The notes under the pieces are model-generated. The model was not told the DNA's origin. It did no database searches and was given only the letters and a program-made list of their open reading frames with translations. Shown here one piece after another: positions 18,137-28,023 of a stretch of DNA of 64,000 nt. The stretch lies in contig OZ219865.1 of the NCBI GenBank assembly GCA_964291675.2, positions 736,001 through 800,000 on the forward strand. Direction: 5' to 3'. The translations under genes and the position numbers were made by a program. Position 1 is the first letter of the stretch. Every line of letters begins with the position of its first letter. The DNA is from Alphaproteobacteria bacterium (lineage in GTDB: Bacteria > Pseudomonadota > Alphaproteobacteria > MPNO01).

Positions 18137-18943
18137 CTACCGCCCGGCCAGTTCGGCTTCCGACTCGACCATCCCGCGCGATGCCTCCTCGCGAAGCAGG
18201 GTCCACAGCCGGCCGACGTATTCGCCGAACTTGGGCGTCGAGATCACCTCCGACGAGCGCGGACGCGGCAGGTCGACCGAGATCACCTCCTTGATCCTGC
18301 CCGGGCGGAACGACATCACCACCACCCGGTCGGACAGCTGCACCGCCTCGGTGATGTTGTGGGTGATCAGCAGCATGGTCTGGTCGAGCGCCGCCCAGAT
18401 CTCCAGCATCTTGTCGCCGAGCAGCATGCGAGTCTGTTCGTCGAGCGCGCCGAACGGCTCGTCGAGCAGCATGATGCGCGGCTCGTAGGCGAGCGTCCGC
18501 GCCACCGCCGTGCGCTGCTTCATCCCGCCCGAAAGCTGCGCCGGGTAGTGGTTCTCGAACCCTTCGAGACCCACGAGGCTGACGAATCTCCGTGCCTTGT
18601 CCTCGCGCTCGCCCCTGGCCATGCCCTGGGCCTCGAGCGGGAAGGCGACGTTGTCCAGCGTGGTCCGCCAGGGAAAGGTCGATTCCTCCTGGAACACCAC
18701 CCCGACATCGCGATGCGCGCCGTCGACCGGGCGCCCGTCGATGCGCACGCTGCCCTCGTACTGGCCGATCAGCCCGCCGACGATGTTGAACAGGGTCGAC
18801 TTGCCGCAGCCGCTCGGGCCGATCACCGAGACGAACTCGCCCTGGGCCACGTCGAGCGTGACCCGGTCGAGCGCCTGGACCGGCTTGTCGCCGTCCGCGT
18901 CGTAGGTCTTGGAGACCTCGGAAATCTCCAGAATATTGGCCAT
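18137..18943 (-). CDS. ABC transporter ATP-binding protein
   Basis: GPSGCGKST, LSGGMKQR, LLDEPFGALD, ITH. Confidence 0.95.
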   Translation of the reverse strand: MANILEISEVSKTYDADGDKPVQALDRVTLDVAQGEFVSVIGPSGCGKSTLFNIVGGLIGQYEGSVRIDGRPVDGAHRDVGVVFQEESTFPWRTTLDNVAFPLEAQGMARGEREDKARRFVSLVGLEGFENHYPAQLSGGMKQRTAVARTLAYEPRIMLLDEPFGALDEQTRMLLGDKMLEIWAALDQTMLLITHNITEAVQLSDRVVVMSFRPGRIKEVISVDLPRPRSSEVISTPKFGEYVGRLWTLLREEASRGMVESEAELAGR

Positions 18944-19035
18944 GGTTCTCCGCACCGCGCCCGCGTGGGATCATGTTTCGTCGCTGGCGCGCCGACTGTC
19001 AACGGCGCCGCCGGACCCAACCGCCGGAGCACCCC

Positions 19036-20112
19036 ATGACCGAGCGTTTCGAGACCACGCACGAAATCATCCGCGCCGCGCGCGCGAGCGTCAGCCAGCC
19101 GGTCTGGAACTACATCACCGGCGCCGCCGAGACCGAGACCACGATGCGGCGCAACCGGCATGCGCTCGACCGCATCGCCTTCCGCCCGCGGGTGCTGCGC
19201 GACGTCTCGGACATCGACGTGAGCGGCAGCCTGCTCGGCCACCCCCTCCGCATCCCGGTGCTGCTGGCCCCGATCGGGTCGCTGCAGACGATCACGCCGG
19301 ACGGCGCCATCGCCGTCGCCCGGGCGGCGGCGGCCTTCGGCACGCTGCAGATGGTCTCGACCGTCACCCAGCCGGGGCTGGAGGAGATCGCGGACTCGGT
19401 CGATCACCCCAAGATCTTCCAGATCTACATCCGGGGCGACGACGGCTGGATCCGCGAGCTCGTCGCCCGCGCCCGCGACGCGGGCTATGCGGCGCTGGCC
19501 CTGACCGTCGATTCGGCGCATTACGGTCGCCGCGAGCGCCAGCTTCTCTCGCGCTGGCTGCCGCCCAGCGTCCGCACCCAGACCGGGCGCGAATGGCAGA
19601 CCAAAATCACCTGGGAGACCATGGCGATGATGAAGGAGCATGGCGGGCTTCCCTTCATCCTCAAGGGGATCCAGACCGCCGAGGACGCCGAGATGGCGGT
19701 CGAGCACGGGGTCGACGTCGTCTACGTCTCCAACCACGGCGGGCGCCAGCTCGACCACGGCCAGGGCGCGATCGACATTCTGCGCGAGGTGGCGGCGGCG
19801 GTCGACGGAAGGGCGGAGATCGTGCTCGATTCCGGCATCGCGAGGGGCTCGGACGTGCTCAAGGCGCTGGCGCTCGGGGCCGATGCGGTTGCCATCGGCC
19901 GGCTCCAGGCCTGGGCGCTCGCCGTCGGCGGCACCGCCACCCTGATCCGCGCGCTGGAGATCCTGGAAGCCGAGATGCGCAACGCCATGGGGCTGGTCGG
20001 CGTCACCGCGCTCGACCAGCTCGACCCGCGCTACCTCGCCGCGGCGCCGGCGGTCACCGAGGCCACCGAGCTCGGCGCGTTTCCGCTGCTGGGGGAGGAG
20101 ATCCGGCTTTGA
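19036..20112 (+). CDS. FMN-dependent alpha-hydroxy acid oxidase/dehydrogenase
   Basis: FRPRVLRDV, LTVD, ILKG, VSNHGGRQLD, DSGIARGSD. Confidence 0.92.
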   Translation: MTERFETTHEIIRAARASVSQPVWNYITGAAETETTMRRNRHALDRIAFRPRVLRDVSDIDVSGSLLGHPLRIPVLLAPIGSLQTITPDGAIAVARAAAAFGTLQMVSTVTQPGLEEIADSVDHPKIFQIYIRGDDGWIRELVARARDAGYAALALTVDSAHYGRRERQLLSRWLPPSVRTQTGREWQTKITWETMAMMKEHGGLPFILKGIQTAEDAEMAVEHGVDVVYVSNHGGRQLDHGQGAIDILREVAAAVDGRAEIVLDSGIARGSDVLKALALGADAVAIGRLQAWALAVGGTATLIRALEILEAEMRNAMGLVGVTALDQLDPRYLAAAPAVTEATELGAFPLLGEEIRL

Positions 20113-20168
20113 GTTTCATCTCCTCGCTCCCAAGCAGGCCCCACCCGGCATTTTAGATATGGGCATTT

Positions 20169-20203
20169 GAACCGACCAGTCATATTTTATGACGGGTCGG
20201 TTC
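20169..20203. promoter_or_regulatory. Inverted repeat upstream of the toxin-antitoxin operon, probable autoregulatory operator
   Basis: GAACCGACCAGTCATA-ttt-TATGACGGGTCGGTTC (arms match at 15/16), ending 12 nt before the antitoxin ATG. Confidence 0.65.
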
Positions 20204-20215
20204 GGGAGCGACAAG

Positions 20216-20440
20216 ATGAAGACGATCGGCGCGGCAAAATTCAAGGAGCAGTGTCTGGCTCTGCTCGATGACCTCGACCGGGATGGTCTCGTCATCACCA
20301 AGCGCGGCAAGCCCGTCGCGCGTCTCCTCCCCTTTGATCAGGAACACGCCGAATTGATCGGCAGCCTGCGTCATAAGGTGGAGGTCCGAGGCGACATCCT
20401 GTCCACGGGGATCGAGTGGGACACCGGTGCTGAATCTTGA
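20216..20440 (+). CDS. Type II antitoxin, Phd/YefM family
   Basis: MKTIGAAKFKEQCLALLD...VITKRGKPVARLLP. Confidence 0.9.
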   Translation: MKTIGAAKFKEQCLALLDDLDRDGLVITKRGKPVARLLPFDQEHAELIGSLRHKVEVRGDILSTGIEWDTGAES

Positions 20441-20792
20441 CACCCACATCCTCGTTCTTGCCGTCAGCGGCGCGCTACGTCCGTCGGAAGAGGCGATATT
20501 GGCGCGCGCCAGGTGGTCGGCCTCGGCCATCGTGCTGTGGGAGCTCGCCAAGCTCATCCAGCTCGGCCGGCTGAGCATGGACCTCGACGACCGCGAAGTC
20601 AGACGCGTGCTGGCACGCCTTCATATCTGGCCCCTCGACCTCGAAATCGCCAGGGCCTCCGTCCGCCTCGACTTCAGGGGCGATCCGGCCGACGAAATCA
20701 TTGCCGCCACGAGCGTGGTGCACGGCGTCCCCCTGCTCACCCGCGACCGCGTCATCAGGAGATCAGAGCTGGTTCCGCTGGCGATACCTTGA
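20427..20792 (+). CDS. Type II toxin, PIN-domain VapC family
   Basis: LDTHIL, SAIVLWE, DPADEIIAAT, LLTRD. Overlaps the antitoxin. Confidence 0.9.
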   Translation: MLNLDTHILVLAVSGALRPSEEAILARARWSASAIVLWELAKLIQLGRLSMDLDDREVRRVLARLHIWPLDLEIARASVRLDFRGDPADEIIAATSVVHGVPLLTRDRVIRRSELVPLAIP

Positions 20793-20834
20793 GAGTGAGA
20801 GCCGCCCGGTCGAAATGACGGGCGGGAAACCGCC

Positions 20835-22637
20835 TCAGCTCGCCGTGCCGGTGGACGCTTCGCCGCTCGCGCGGGTCACCATCGGGGCGCTGTAGCCCGG
20901 CTGCACCACCACGTCGAGCAGGAAGGGCTTGCCGCCCTCGACCGCCGCGATGGCGGCATCGAGCGCCGCCGGCAGCTCGCCCGCGGTCTCCACCGGACCC
21001 GCCGCATCGACGCCCTGGGACCGCGCATAGCCGGCGAGGTCGATCGCCGGGTCGTCGATGCGCTGGCCGATCCAGCGGTTCTCGACCGGGCGGTTGCGCT
21101 CCTTCGCCATCGCCTCCTGGTGGACCTCGTCGTTGAAGTTGGACCGGTTGTTGGACACCACGAACAGCACCGGGATGTTGTAATGCGCGGCGGTCCAGAG
21201 CGCCGAGCCGCCCTGCATGAAGTCGCCGTCGCCGAGGATCGCGACCGGCACCCGCCCCGATCCCATCAGCGCGAGCCCGGCGCCGATGGCGTTGCCGGGG
21301 CCGGAGCCCAGCCCGCCGCCGCCATCGTTGCCGAGATAGTCGAGCGGCTCGGCGAAGTGGTACGAATCGCCCGCCCAGCCGAGCGGCACCCGGGTCAGCG
21401 TGATCTTCCGCTCCCCCTTGACCCGGTTGAGGGCGCCCGCGATGTCGCGCGGCGCGATCGGCGCGGATGCGTCCTTGGCCTCGGGCTCGGCGAGCGGCGC
21501 CGGATCGCCGCCCAAGAATTTGGGCTGGCCGGAGAGCCTGTCCTCGACCTCCGCGAGGAGCTGGGCCGCGAACGCATCCGGGTCGGCGAGCAGGCGCTGG
21601 TCGCCGACGGCGAGGCCGAAATGGTCCATCGACCAGCCGTTGTGGACATAGGAGTCGAGCGTCACGTCGATCACCCGCGCCTCGACCCCGTAGCCGAGAC
21701 CGAGCGCCTTGAAGGTCCCGGCGAGGTCGATCCAGTCGAGCACGAGAAGCGCGTCCGCCCCGCGCACGAGGCCCTCGCCCGGGCCGCGCACCCAGTTGGA
21801 CGGCGGGCCGGCATGCAGCGGATGGCCGGTCGGGAAGGAGGCCGACGTCTTGAGGTCGGTCACCACGCGGGCGCCCAGCATCTCGGCGAGACGCACGCGG
21901 CAATCCCAGCCCGCCCGGCTGCGCGAGACCCGCCCGACCATGATCACCGGCCGTTCGGCGGCGACCAGCGTGTCGGCCGCCCGGGCCACCGCGCCGGCCG
22001 AGGCGTGCGGCGTCTCCGGCGCCGCGAAGCGCGCGGCATCCGGGATCGTCACCTCGCCGGCGAGCCGTGCCTCCTGGAGCCCGGCGTCGAGGCAGATATA
22101 GACCGGGCCGCGCGGCGGCGTCTTCGCCATGATGCCCGCGCGCAGCATGGTCTCGACGATCGCCTCCGCCGAGCGCGGCTCGTCGTCCCACTTGACGAAG
22201 TTCCGGAGCATCATGCCCTGGTCCTTGGCGGTGTGGATCCAGTCGATCCACGGCCTGCGCAGCGGCGCATCCACCGGCCCGGTCGCTCCCATCACATAGA
22301 CCGGCGCGCGGTCGCACCAGGCGTTGAACATCGCCATCAGACCGTGCATCAGCCCGACATTGGAATGGACGATCGCCCCCATCGGCTCGTCCGTCACCTT
22401 GGCGTAGCCGTGCGCGATCGAGACCGCGTGGTCCTCGTGCAGGCAGAGCAGCATCTGCGGGTCTTCGTTGCCGAGATAGTTCACGATCGAGTCGTGGAAC
22501 CCGCGATAGCTGGCGCCCGGGTTGAGCGAGACGTATTTGATGCCGAGCCGGCGCAGCATCTCGGCCGCGACGTCGCTGGTCCATTCCATCTGGCGGTTGC
22601 CGCCGAGCTCCGGGCGGTCGAATTGCAGCATGTTCAT
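20835..22637 (-). CDS. Thiamine pyrophosphate-dependent enzyme
   Basis: NPGASYRG, LHEDHAV, HSNVGLMHG, GDGDFMQG...NN. Confidence 0.9.
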   Translation of the reverse strand: MNMLQFDRPELGGNRQMEWTSDVAAEMLRRLGIKYVSLNPGASYRGFHDSIVNYLGNEDPQMLLCLHEDHAVSIAHGYAKVTDEPMGAIVHSNVGLMHGLMAMFNAWCDRAPVYVMGATGPVDAPLRRPWIDWIHTAKDQGMMLRNFVKWDDEPRSAEAIVETMLRAGIMAKTPPRGPVYICLDAGLQEARLAGEVTIPDAARFAAPETPHASAGAVARAADTLVAAERPVIMVGRVSRSRAGWDCRVRLAEMLGARVVTDLKTSASFPTGHPLHAGPPSNWVRGPGEGLVRGADALLVLDWIDLAGTFKALGLGYGVEARVIDVTLDSYVHNGWSMDHFGLAVGDQRLLADPDAFAAQLLAEVEDRLSGQPKFLGGDPAPLAEPEAKDASAPIAPRDIAGALNRVKGERKITLTRVPLGWAGDSYHFAEPLDYLGNDGGGGLGSGPGNAIGAGLALMGSGRVPVAILGDGDFMQGGSALWTAAHYNIPVLFVVSNNRSNFNDEVHQEAMAKERNRPVENRWIGQRIDDPAIDLAGYARSQGVDAAGPVETAGELPAALDAAIAAVEGGKPFLLDVVVQPGYSAPMVTRASGEASTGTAS

Positions 22638-22640
22638 CGC

Positions 22641-23720
22641 TCAATACTCCGGTGACCTGAGGGTGAGAAAGGGAAAGGCGGACAATACCGAGGGTTCGCG
22701 CACCGGCGGGGCGGGGTGGAGGAAGCTCCCGTCGAGCCGGTCGAGCCGGGTGAGACCCATCAGCCCCATCGAGATGCGCATCTCCTCTTCCAGGAGCTCG
22801 AGGACGCGGACGATCCCGGACATGCCGGCGGCGGCGAGGCCGAACCCCTGCACCTTGCCGATGGCGACCGAATCGGCGCCCCGGGCGATCGCCTTGACGA
22901 TGTCGGCGCCGCGCATGAAACCGCCGTCGACGACGATCTCGGCCTTGCCGCCGACCGCTTCGACCACCTCCGGGAGCATGTCGATGGTCGCCCTGCCGTG
23001 GTCGAGCTGGCGCCCGCCGTGATTGGAGACGTAGACGGTGTCGACGCCGTGCTCGATGCAGAGCGCCGCGTCCTCGGCCGTCGCGACCCCCTTGATCTGG
23101 AGCGGGATGTCGAAGGAGTCCTTGAACCACTTGACCAGGTCCCAGTCGAGGCTCGCCTGGTACTCCATACCCTCGCCGGCCGAGCGGCGCGCGGTCGGCA
23201 CGTAGCGCTTGATCAGGTCGCGCTCGCGCCGCGAATAGAGCGCCACGTCGACGGTGAGGCAGAAGGCGGCATAGCCGGCGGAAATCGCGCCCCTGGCCAC
23301 CTCGGCCACCGACTCGCGGCCGCCGCGGACATAGAGCTGGTACACCTTCGGGTGGCCGGTGCCCTTGGCGACCGCCTCCATCCCGGGATGGGTCACCGAG
23401 CTGAGATAGGAGACGGTGCCGAACGCCTCGGCCGCCCTTGCCACCGCCATCGAGCCGTCCGGGTGCATGAGCTCGAGCGAGCCCATCGGCGCGAGCGACA
23501 CGGGGAGCCGGGTCGGGTGACCGGCGATGGTCGCCGAGAGGTCGATGGCGCTCACGTCGTTGAGCACGCGCGGCCGAAAGGCGATCGAATCGAGCCCCAG
23601 CCGGTTGCGCAGCAGCGAGGTCTCGGTCTCGGCGCCGCCGGTCAGGTAGTCCCAGGCGCCGTCCGACAAATTGCCGCGCGCGGCGGCGACGATCTCGTGC
23701 AGTGTCGCGAAGTCAGCCAA
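22641..23720 (-). CDS. FMN-dependent alpha-hydroxy acid oxidase/dehydrogenase (second paralog)
   Basis: FRPRVL, VSNHGGRQLD, DGGFMRGAD. TTG start with GGAGGAG upstream. Confidence 0.92.
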   Translation of the reverse strand: MADFATLHEIVAAARGNLSDGAWDYLTGGAETETSLLRNRLGLDSIAFRPRVLNDVSAIDLSATIAGHPTRLPVSLAPMGSLELMHPDGSMAVARAAEAFGTVSYLSSVTHPGMEAVAKGTGHPKVYQLYVRGGRESVAEVARGAISAGYAAFCLTVDVALYSRRERDLIKRYVPTARRSAGEGMEYQASLDWDLVKWFKDSFDIPLQIKGVATAEDAALCIEHGVDTVYVSNHGGRQLDHGRATIDMLPEVVEAVGGKAEIVVDGGFMRGADIVKAIARGADSVAIGKVQGFGLAAAGMSGIVRVLELLEEEMRISMGLMGLTRLDRLDGSFLHPAPPVREPSVLSAFPFLTLRSPEY

Positions 23721-23839
23721 TCGCTCCTCCCGGGCAGGACCTGCCGCACAGGGTCTAGCCGCGCGGCGACCGCCTTGTCCAGCGGGGCCCCGCTCGCCGG
23801 CGGTTGCGGCTACCCTCGCGCCCAGCCGTTCGCCCCACT

Positions 23840-23927
23840 GTCACCCCGGGCTCGATCCGCGGCCCGGAGCCACGCGTTCGGACGTTGGAGCGGTTGCACC
23901 GGGCCCCGGAACAAGTCCGGGCCGACG
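23840..23927. repeat. Degenerate REP-like inverted doublet
   Basis: GTCACCCCGGGCTCGATCCGCGGCCC ... GGGCCCCGGAACAAGTCCGGGCCGAC resembles the ccGGACTTGATCCgg family at 4.1-4.4 kb. Confidence 0.6.
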
Positions 23928-23984
23928 GCGGGGGGCGGAGACGTTGCCGCGGGCTCGCGGTCGGCCGTTGCCGAAAGACTCCTC

Positions 23985-25619
23985 CTACCCCGCGCCGTCC
24001 TCGCCTTTCACCCGGCGCACCTCGGTGTTCATCTCCACGTCCTTGCGCCGCCGCTGGGCGATGATGCGGCCGGTCTCGAAATAGTCCCCCTGCGTCGCGA
24101 GCTGGGCCGCTCGGTCGAACTCGTCCGACCATTCGCCGAGGCTGTAGCCGTGCCACGGCGTCTCCGGCTTGAGCGGCGGCAGGCCGAGCTCCTCCCAGAT
24201 CGTTCTCGCGTTCTCCATGAATTCGCGCTTGGGCAGCGAGATGGGCGGGAAGTCCTCCTTCAGCGTGGCGTCGATCAGCACGCTCGCATCCTCGCCGTCG
24301 TTGCGCAGGCTGCGCGGGCCGTGGCCCTGGTCGCGATGGCCCAGCACTTCGAGGTCGAGCGCCGGGTTGGCGCGATAGGCCATCGCCCAGAACAGCGCGT
24401 CCGCGTTGTCCGGGTCGATGTCCCGGTTGACCGCGATCACGTACTTCCCGGCCGCGCGGTGCAGCGAGGCCGCGCCGTAGAGCGCGCGCCAGATCTCGGT
24501 GCGCGGCGTCTCGCGCTCGACCTGGACCACGATCACCTTGCGGATATTGGTCAGCGGCTCGTGCAGGCCGACCCGGAGCACCCCCTTGATGCCGAGCGCG
24601 TCCCTGAGATGGGCGAGGAAGAGGGGCTCCATGGCCACCCGCTTGATGGTGCTCGACTCGGACGGCGTGACCTGGCTGACGATCGAGGTCAGCACCGCGT
24701 TCCTCCGCCGGGTTACCGCGGTCACGTCCATGAAGGCGTTGAACTCCTGCAAATTCACGTGGCCGTGGCTCTCGCCGAACGGGGCCTCGGGCTCCAGGTA
24801 CTCGGTGTCGATAAACCCCTCGACGACGATCTCGGCCTCCGCCGGGACCAGCAGGTCGACGGTCCTAGCCCTGACCACGTTCAGCGGGTGGCCGACCAGC
24901 CCGCCCGCGATGTCGAGCTCGCAGACCGTCTCCGGCAATTTCAGGGTCGAGGTGAAGGTGACGCAGGGCGGCGCGCCGAGCACCACGGCCGCCGGCATGG
25001 GCTCGCCGCGCGCCCGGTATTTCTGCCAGTGGCCGTAGATCCCGGGGCGCAGCTCGAGCGACGGGTTCATGCCGAGACGCCGCGGCGCCTTCACCTGGCC
25101 GCGGTAATTCCCCATGTTCTGGATGCCGGTGTCGGGGTCGCGGGTGATGTATTGCGACAGCGTCGTGTAGGGCGCGTTGTCCCAGCCGGGGGTCGAGATC
25201 GGCACCGGGATGCCGTCGAGCGCGTTGCCCTCGGCATCGAGCGCCTCGTCGGCGAACACCAGCTCGTGGCACGGCGCGTCGGCGACCTCGCGCGGCGGGA
25301 TCGGGTTGGCGATCGCCTCCGCCCAGCGTTCCTCGATCTTCTCCAGCTCGCAGCCGATGCCGCGGCGGTAGATCTCCCGGCTCGCCGCCAGCCCGCCGAC
25401 GATCACCGGGATGCCGTAGCGCCGGCCCCGCGAGTCCACCACGTTGGTGAACAGGAATGCCTTGCGCTCGGGCTCCGGGATGCCGCCGCGAAACTGCCAG
25501 CGGACCAGCGGATGCATCTCGGTGTCCTTGTTGATCTCGCGGTCGACGCGGACCAGCAGCCCGGCCTCGTCGAGCGCGGCGATGTGGTCGTGCAGGTCAG
25601 GATAGCCGCGCTCAGTCAT
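23985..25619 (-). CDS. UbiD family (de)carboxylase, paralog 3
   Basis: KAFLFTNV, QNMGNYR, VPAEAEIVVEG, EPEAPFGESHGH, LIDATLK. Confidence 0.92.
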   Translation of the reverse strand: MTERGYPDLHDHIAALDEAGLLVRVDREINKDTEMHPLVRWQFRGGIPEPERKAFLFTNVVDSRGRRYGIPVIVGGLAASREIYRRGIGCELEKIEERWAEAIANPIPPREVADAPCHELVFADEALDAEGNALDGIPVPISTPGWDNAPYTTLSQYITRDPDTGIQNMGNYRGQVKAPRRLGMNPSLELRPGIYGHWQKYRARGEPMPAAVVLGAPPCVTFTSTLKLPETVCELDIAGGLVGHPLNVVRARTVDLLVPAEAEIVVEGFIDTEYLEPEAPFGESHGHVNLQEFNAFMDVTAVTRRRNAVLTSIVSQVTPSESSTIKRVAMEPLFLAHLRDALGIKGVLRVGLHEPLTNIRKVIVVQVERETPRTEIWRALYGAASLHRAAGKYVIAVNRDIDPDNADALFWAMAYRANPALDLEVLGHRDQGHGPRSLRNDGEDASVLIDATLKEDFPPISLPKREFMENARTIWEELGLPPLKPETPWHGYSLGEWSDEFDRAAQLATQGDYFETGRIIAQRRRKDVEMNTEVRRVKGEDGAG

Positions 25620-27264
25620 CGTCCTCGACCCAGCGGGCAGGGGTTTCGGGCTCGACCGCGCGGCGCCGGCGCTGCGCGGTGAGCCGGCCGTTCTCCAGGT
25701 AATCGCCCGCGACGGCGCGCCGGGCGGCCTGCTCCCAGCGCTCATCCCAGTCGCCCAGCGAATACCCCGCCCACGGGCTCTCGGGGTTGAGCGGCGGCAG
25801 GTCCAGCCGTTCCCAGATTTTTCGCGCGCGGTCCATGAAGGCTTCCCGGGGAAGCGCGACCGGCGGCATGTCGCCCTTCAGCGTGGCGTCGATCAGCAGC
25901 GTCGAGTCCTCGAAATCCGGGTCTTCCGTCTTCGGCCCGTGGCCGCGGTGGCGATGGTCGAGCACGGCCGAGTCCTCGCGCGGGTTGGCGCGGTAGGCGA
26001 TCGACCACCAGACGGCATCGGCGTTCTCGGGATCGATGTCGTCGGACACCGCGACGACGTATTTGCCGCAGGCCGATTGCAGCGAGGACGCGCCGTAGAG
26101 CGCCCGCCACACCTCGGTCCGCGGCACGCCGCGCGCGAACTGGACGAAGATCACCCGGCGGATATTGGTCAGCGGCTCGTGCATGACCACCCGCCTGACT
26201 CCTTCGATGCCGAGACGCTCGGTCAGGTGGGCGAGGAACAGGGGCTCGTAGGCGACCCGCTTGATGACGCTCGATTCGGACGGCGTCACCTGGCTTATGA
26301 TCGAGGGCAGGATGGCGCCGCGGCGGTGGGTGATCGCGCTCACCCGCATGATCATGTTGTAGTCTTCCAGCGCCACATGGCCGTGGCTCTCGCCGAACGG
26401 CGCCTCCGGCTCGACGAGCTCGGTGTCGATCCACCCCTCGATGACGATCTCGGAGTCCGCGGGCACCGTGAGATCCACTGTGCGGCACTCGACGACAACG
26501 ATCGGGGCGCCGGCGATTCCCCCGGCCACCGCCACCTCGTCGAGCCCCATCTGGAGCTTCTGCGGCGCGCAATAGGCGACCGCCGGCGGCGGGCCGAGGA
26601 CGATGGCGCAGGGCATGGGCTCGCCGCGCTCCCGGTATTGCCGCCAGTGGCGATAGCCCTCGGCGCCGCCCGACCGCGTCGCCATGCGGACCGCGAGCCG
26701 GTCCGGCGCCTTGAGCCCGGCCCGGTAGGTCCCCATGTTCTGCACCCCGGTCTCGGGGTTCCGGGTGACGCAGCCGGTCGCGGTGAGATAGGGCGCGGCG
26801 TCGAAGCCGGGGGTCGAGATCGGCACCGGAAGCGCATCGAGCCCCCGCCCCTCGCCGCGCAGCGCGTCGCCCTCGACCACCGCCTCCTGGCAGGGCGCGC
26901 GCGACACCGCGACGGGCGGCACCGGATGGGCGATCGCCTCGCTCCAGCGCGCGCCGATCCTGTCGACCGGCACGCCCATGCCGATGGCGTAGATCCGGGC
27001 GCTGGCGGCAAGCGCGCCGATGACGACCGGCATGTCGTAGCGCCTGCCCTTCGCATCGGCGACGTTGGAGAACAGGAAGGCCTTGCGCTGGTCTTCCCGC
27101 AACCCCCCGCGGAACTGCCAGCGGACCAGCGGATGCATCTCGGCATCCTTGTCGATCGGCGCGTCGACGCGGAACAGGAGACCCGCCCGGTCGAGCGCGC
27201 GGATATGGTCGCGGAAATCCGGGTAGGCGCGCCGCGCGGCCGGGTCCGGGAGGGCGGTCGCCAT
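25612..27264 (-). CDS. UbiD family (de)carboxylase, paralog 2
   Basis: QNMGTYR, VPADSEIVIEG, EPEAPFGESHGH, LLIDATLK. Confidence 0.92.
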   Translation of the reverse strand: MATALPDPAARRAYPDFRDHIRALDRAGLLFRVDAPIDKDAEMHPLVRWQFRGGLREDQRKAFLFSNVADAKGRRYDMPVVIGALAASARIYAIGMGVPVDRIGARWSEAIAHPVPPVAVSRAPCQEAVVEGDALRGEGRGLDALPVPISTPGFDAAPYLTATGCVTRNPETGVQNMGTYRAGLKAPDRLAVRMATRSGGAEGYRHWRQYRERGEPMPCAIVLGPPPAVAYCAPQKLQMGLDEVAVAGGIAGAPIVVVECRTVDLTVPADSEIVIEGWIDTELVEPEAPFGESHGHVALEDYNMIMRVSAITHRRGAILPSIISQVTPSESSVIKRVAYEPLFLAHLTERLGIEGVRRVVMHEPLTNIRRVIFVQFARGVPRTEVWRALYGASSLQSACGKYVVAVSDDIDPENADAVWWSIAYRANPREDSAVLDHRHRGHGPKTEDPDFEDSTLLIDATLKGDMPPVALPREAFMDRARKIWERLDLPPLNPESPWAGYSLGDWDERWEQAARRAVAGDYLENGRLTAQRRRRAVEPETPARWVEDDD

Positions 27265-28023
27265 CTACCACATGGCCGAGCCGCCATCGACGACGATGGT
27301 CTGGCCCGTGACGAAGTCGCTGTCGGCGGACGCGAGATAGATGCAGGCGCCGACCAGGTCGTCCGGCGTCTCGTCCTGCTTGATCGCCCGCGTCGCCCGC
27401 GTGCGCTCCGGCCCGCCGCCCATCCAGTTGGTGCGCTTCAGGACGTTCTCCGACATCGTCGAGCCCGGCGCGATGGCGTTGACGCAGATATTGTCGTCGC
27501 CGAGCTCGCGGGCGAGCGAGCGGGTGATGCCGAGCACCGCGGCCTTGGACGCGTCGTAATGCAGGAAGAAGGGCGCGCCCTTGAAAATCCGCCCGGTGCA
27601 GATCGAGACGATCTTGCCGTAATGCTTCTTGCGCATCTCCGGCGCCGCCGCCTTGCAGCAGAGCCAGACGCCCTTGGCGTTGACCGCGAGCACCCTGTCC
27701 CATTCCTCGACGGCGATCTCGTCGAAGGGCTTGCGCTCCACCGCGGTGAACACGGCGGCGTTGTTGACGAGGATGTCGAGCCCGCCGAAGGCCGCCACCG
27801 TGCGCGCGACCATGGCCTTGCAGGACTCCTCGTCGGCGACATCGGTGGGCACGTCGATGGCCTCGGCGCCGCCGGCCTTCAACTCGTCCACCACGGACTG
27901 TCCGGAGTCGAGGTCGGCGATGGCGATCTTCGCCCCCTCCGCCGCCATCGCGCGGGCGAAGGCCGCGCCGATACCCTGCGCGGCGCCGGTGACTATCGCG
28001 ACGCGTCCGTCAAGCCGTCCCAT
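27265..28023 (-). CDS. Short-chain dehydrogenase/reductase
   Basis: TGAAQGIG, NNAA, YDASK, NAIAPG. Confidence 0.93.
   Translation of the reverse strand: MGRLDGRVAIVTGAAQGIGAAFARAMAAEGAKIAIADLDSGQSVVDELKAGGAEAIDVPTDVADEESCKAMVARTVAAFGGLDILVNNAAVFTAVERKPFDEIAVEEWDRVLAVNAKGVWLCCKAAAPEMRKKHYGKIVSICTGRIFKGAPFFLHYDASKAAVLGITRSLARELGDDNICVNAIAPGSTMSENVLKRTNWMGGGPERTRATRAIKQDETPDDLVGACIYLASADSDFVTGQTIVVDGGSAMW

Noticed and set aside
27993-28023. 31-nt overlap of the UbiD C-terminus with the SDR start as a possible frameshift or recoding site
   Set aside because: Both genes are complete, the SDR has its own GAGGAGGGAGAG RBS and no slippery site is evident. A simple stop-codon drift explains it.
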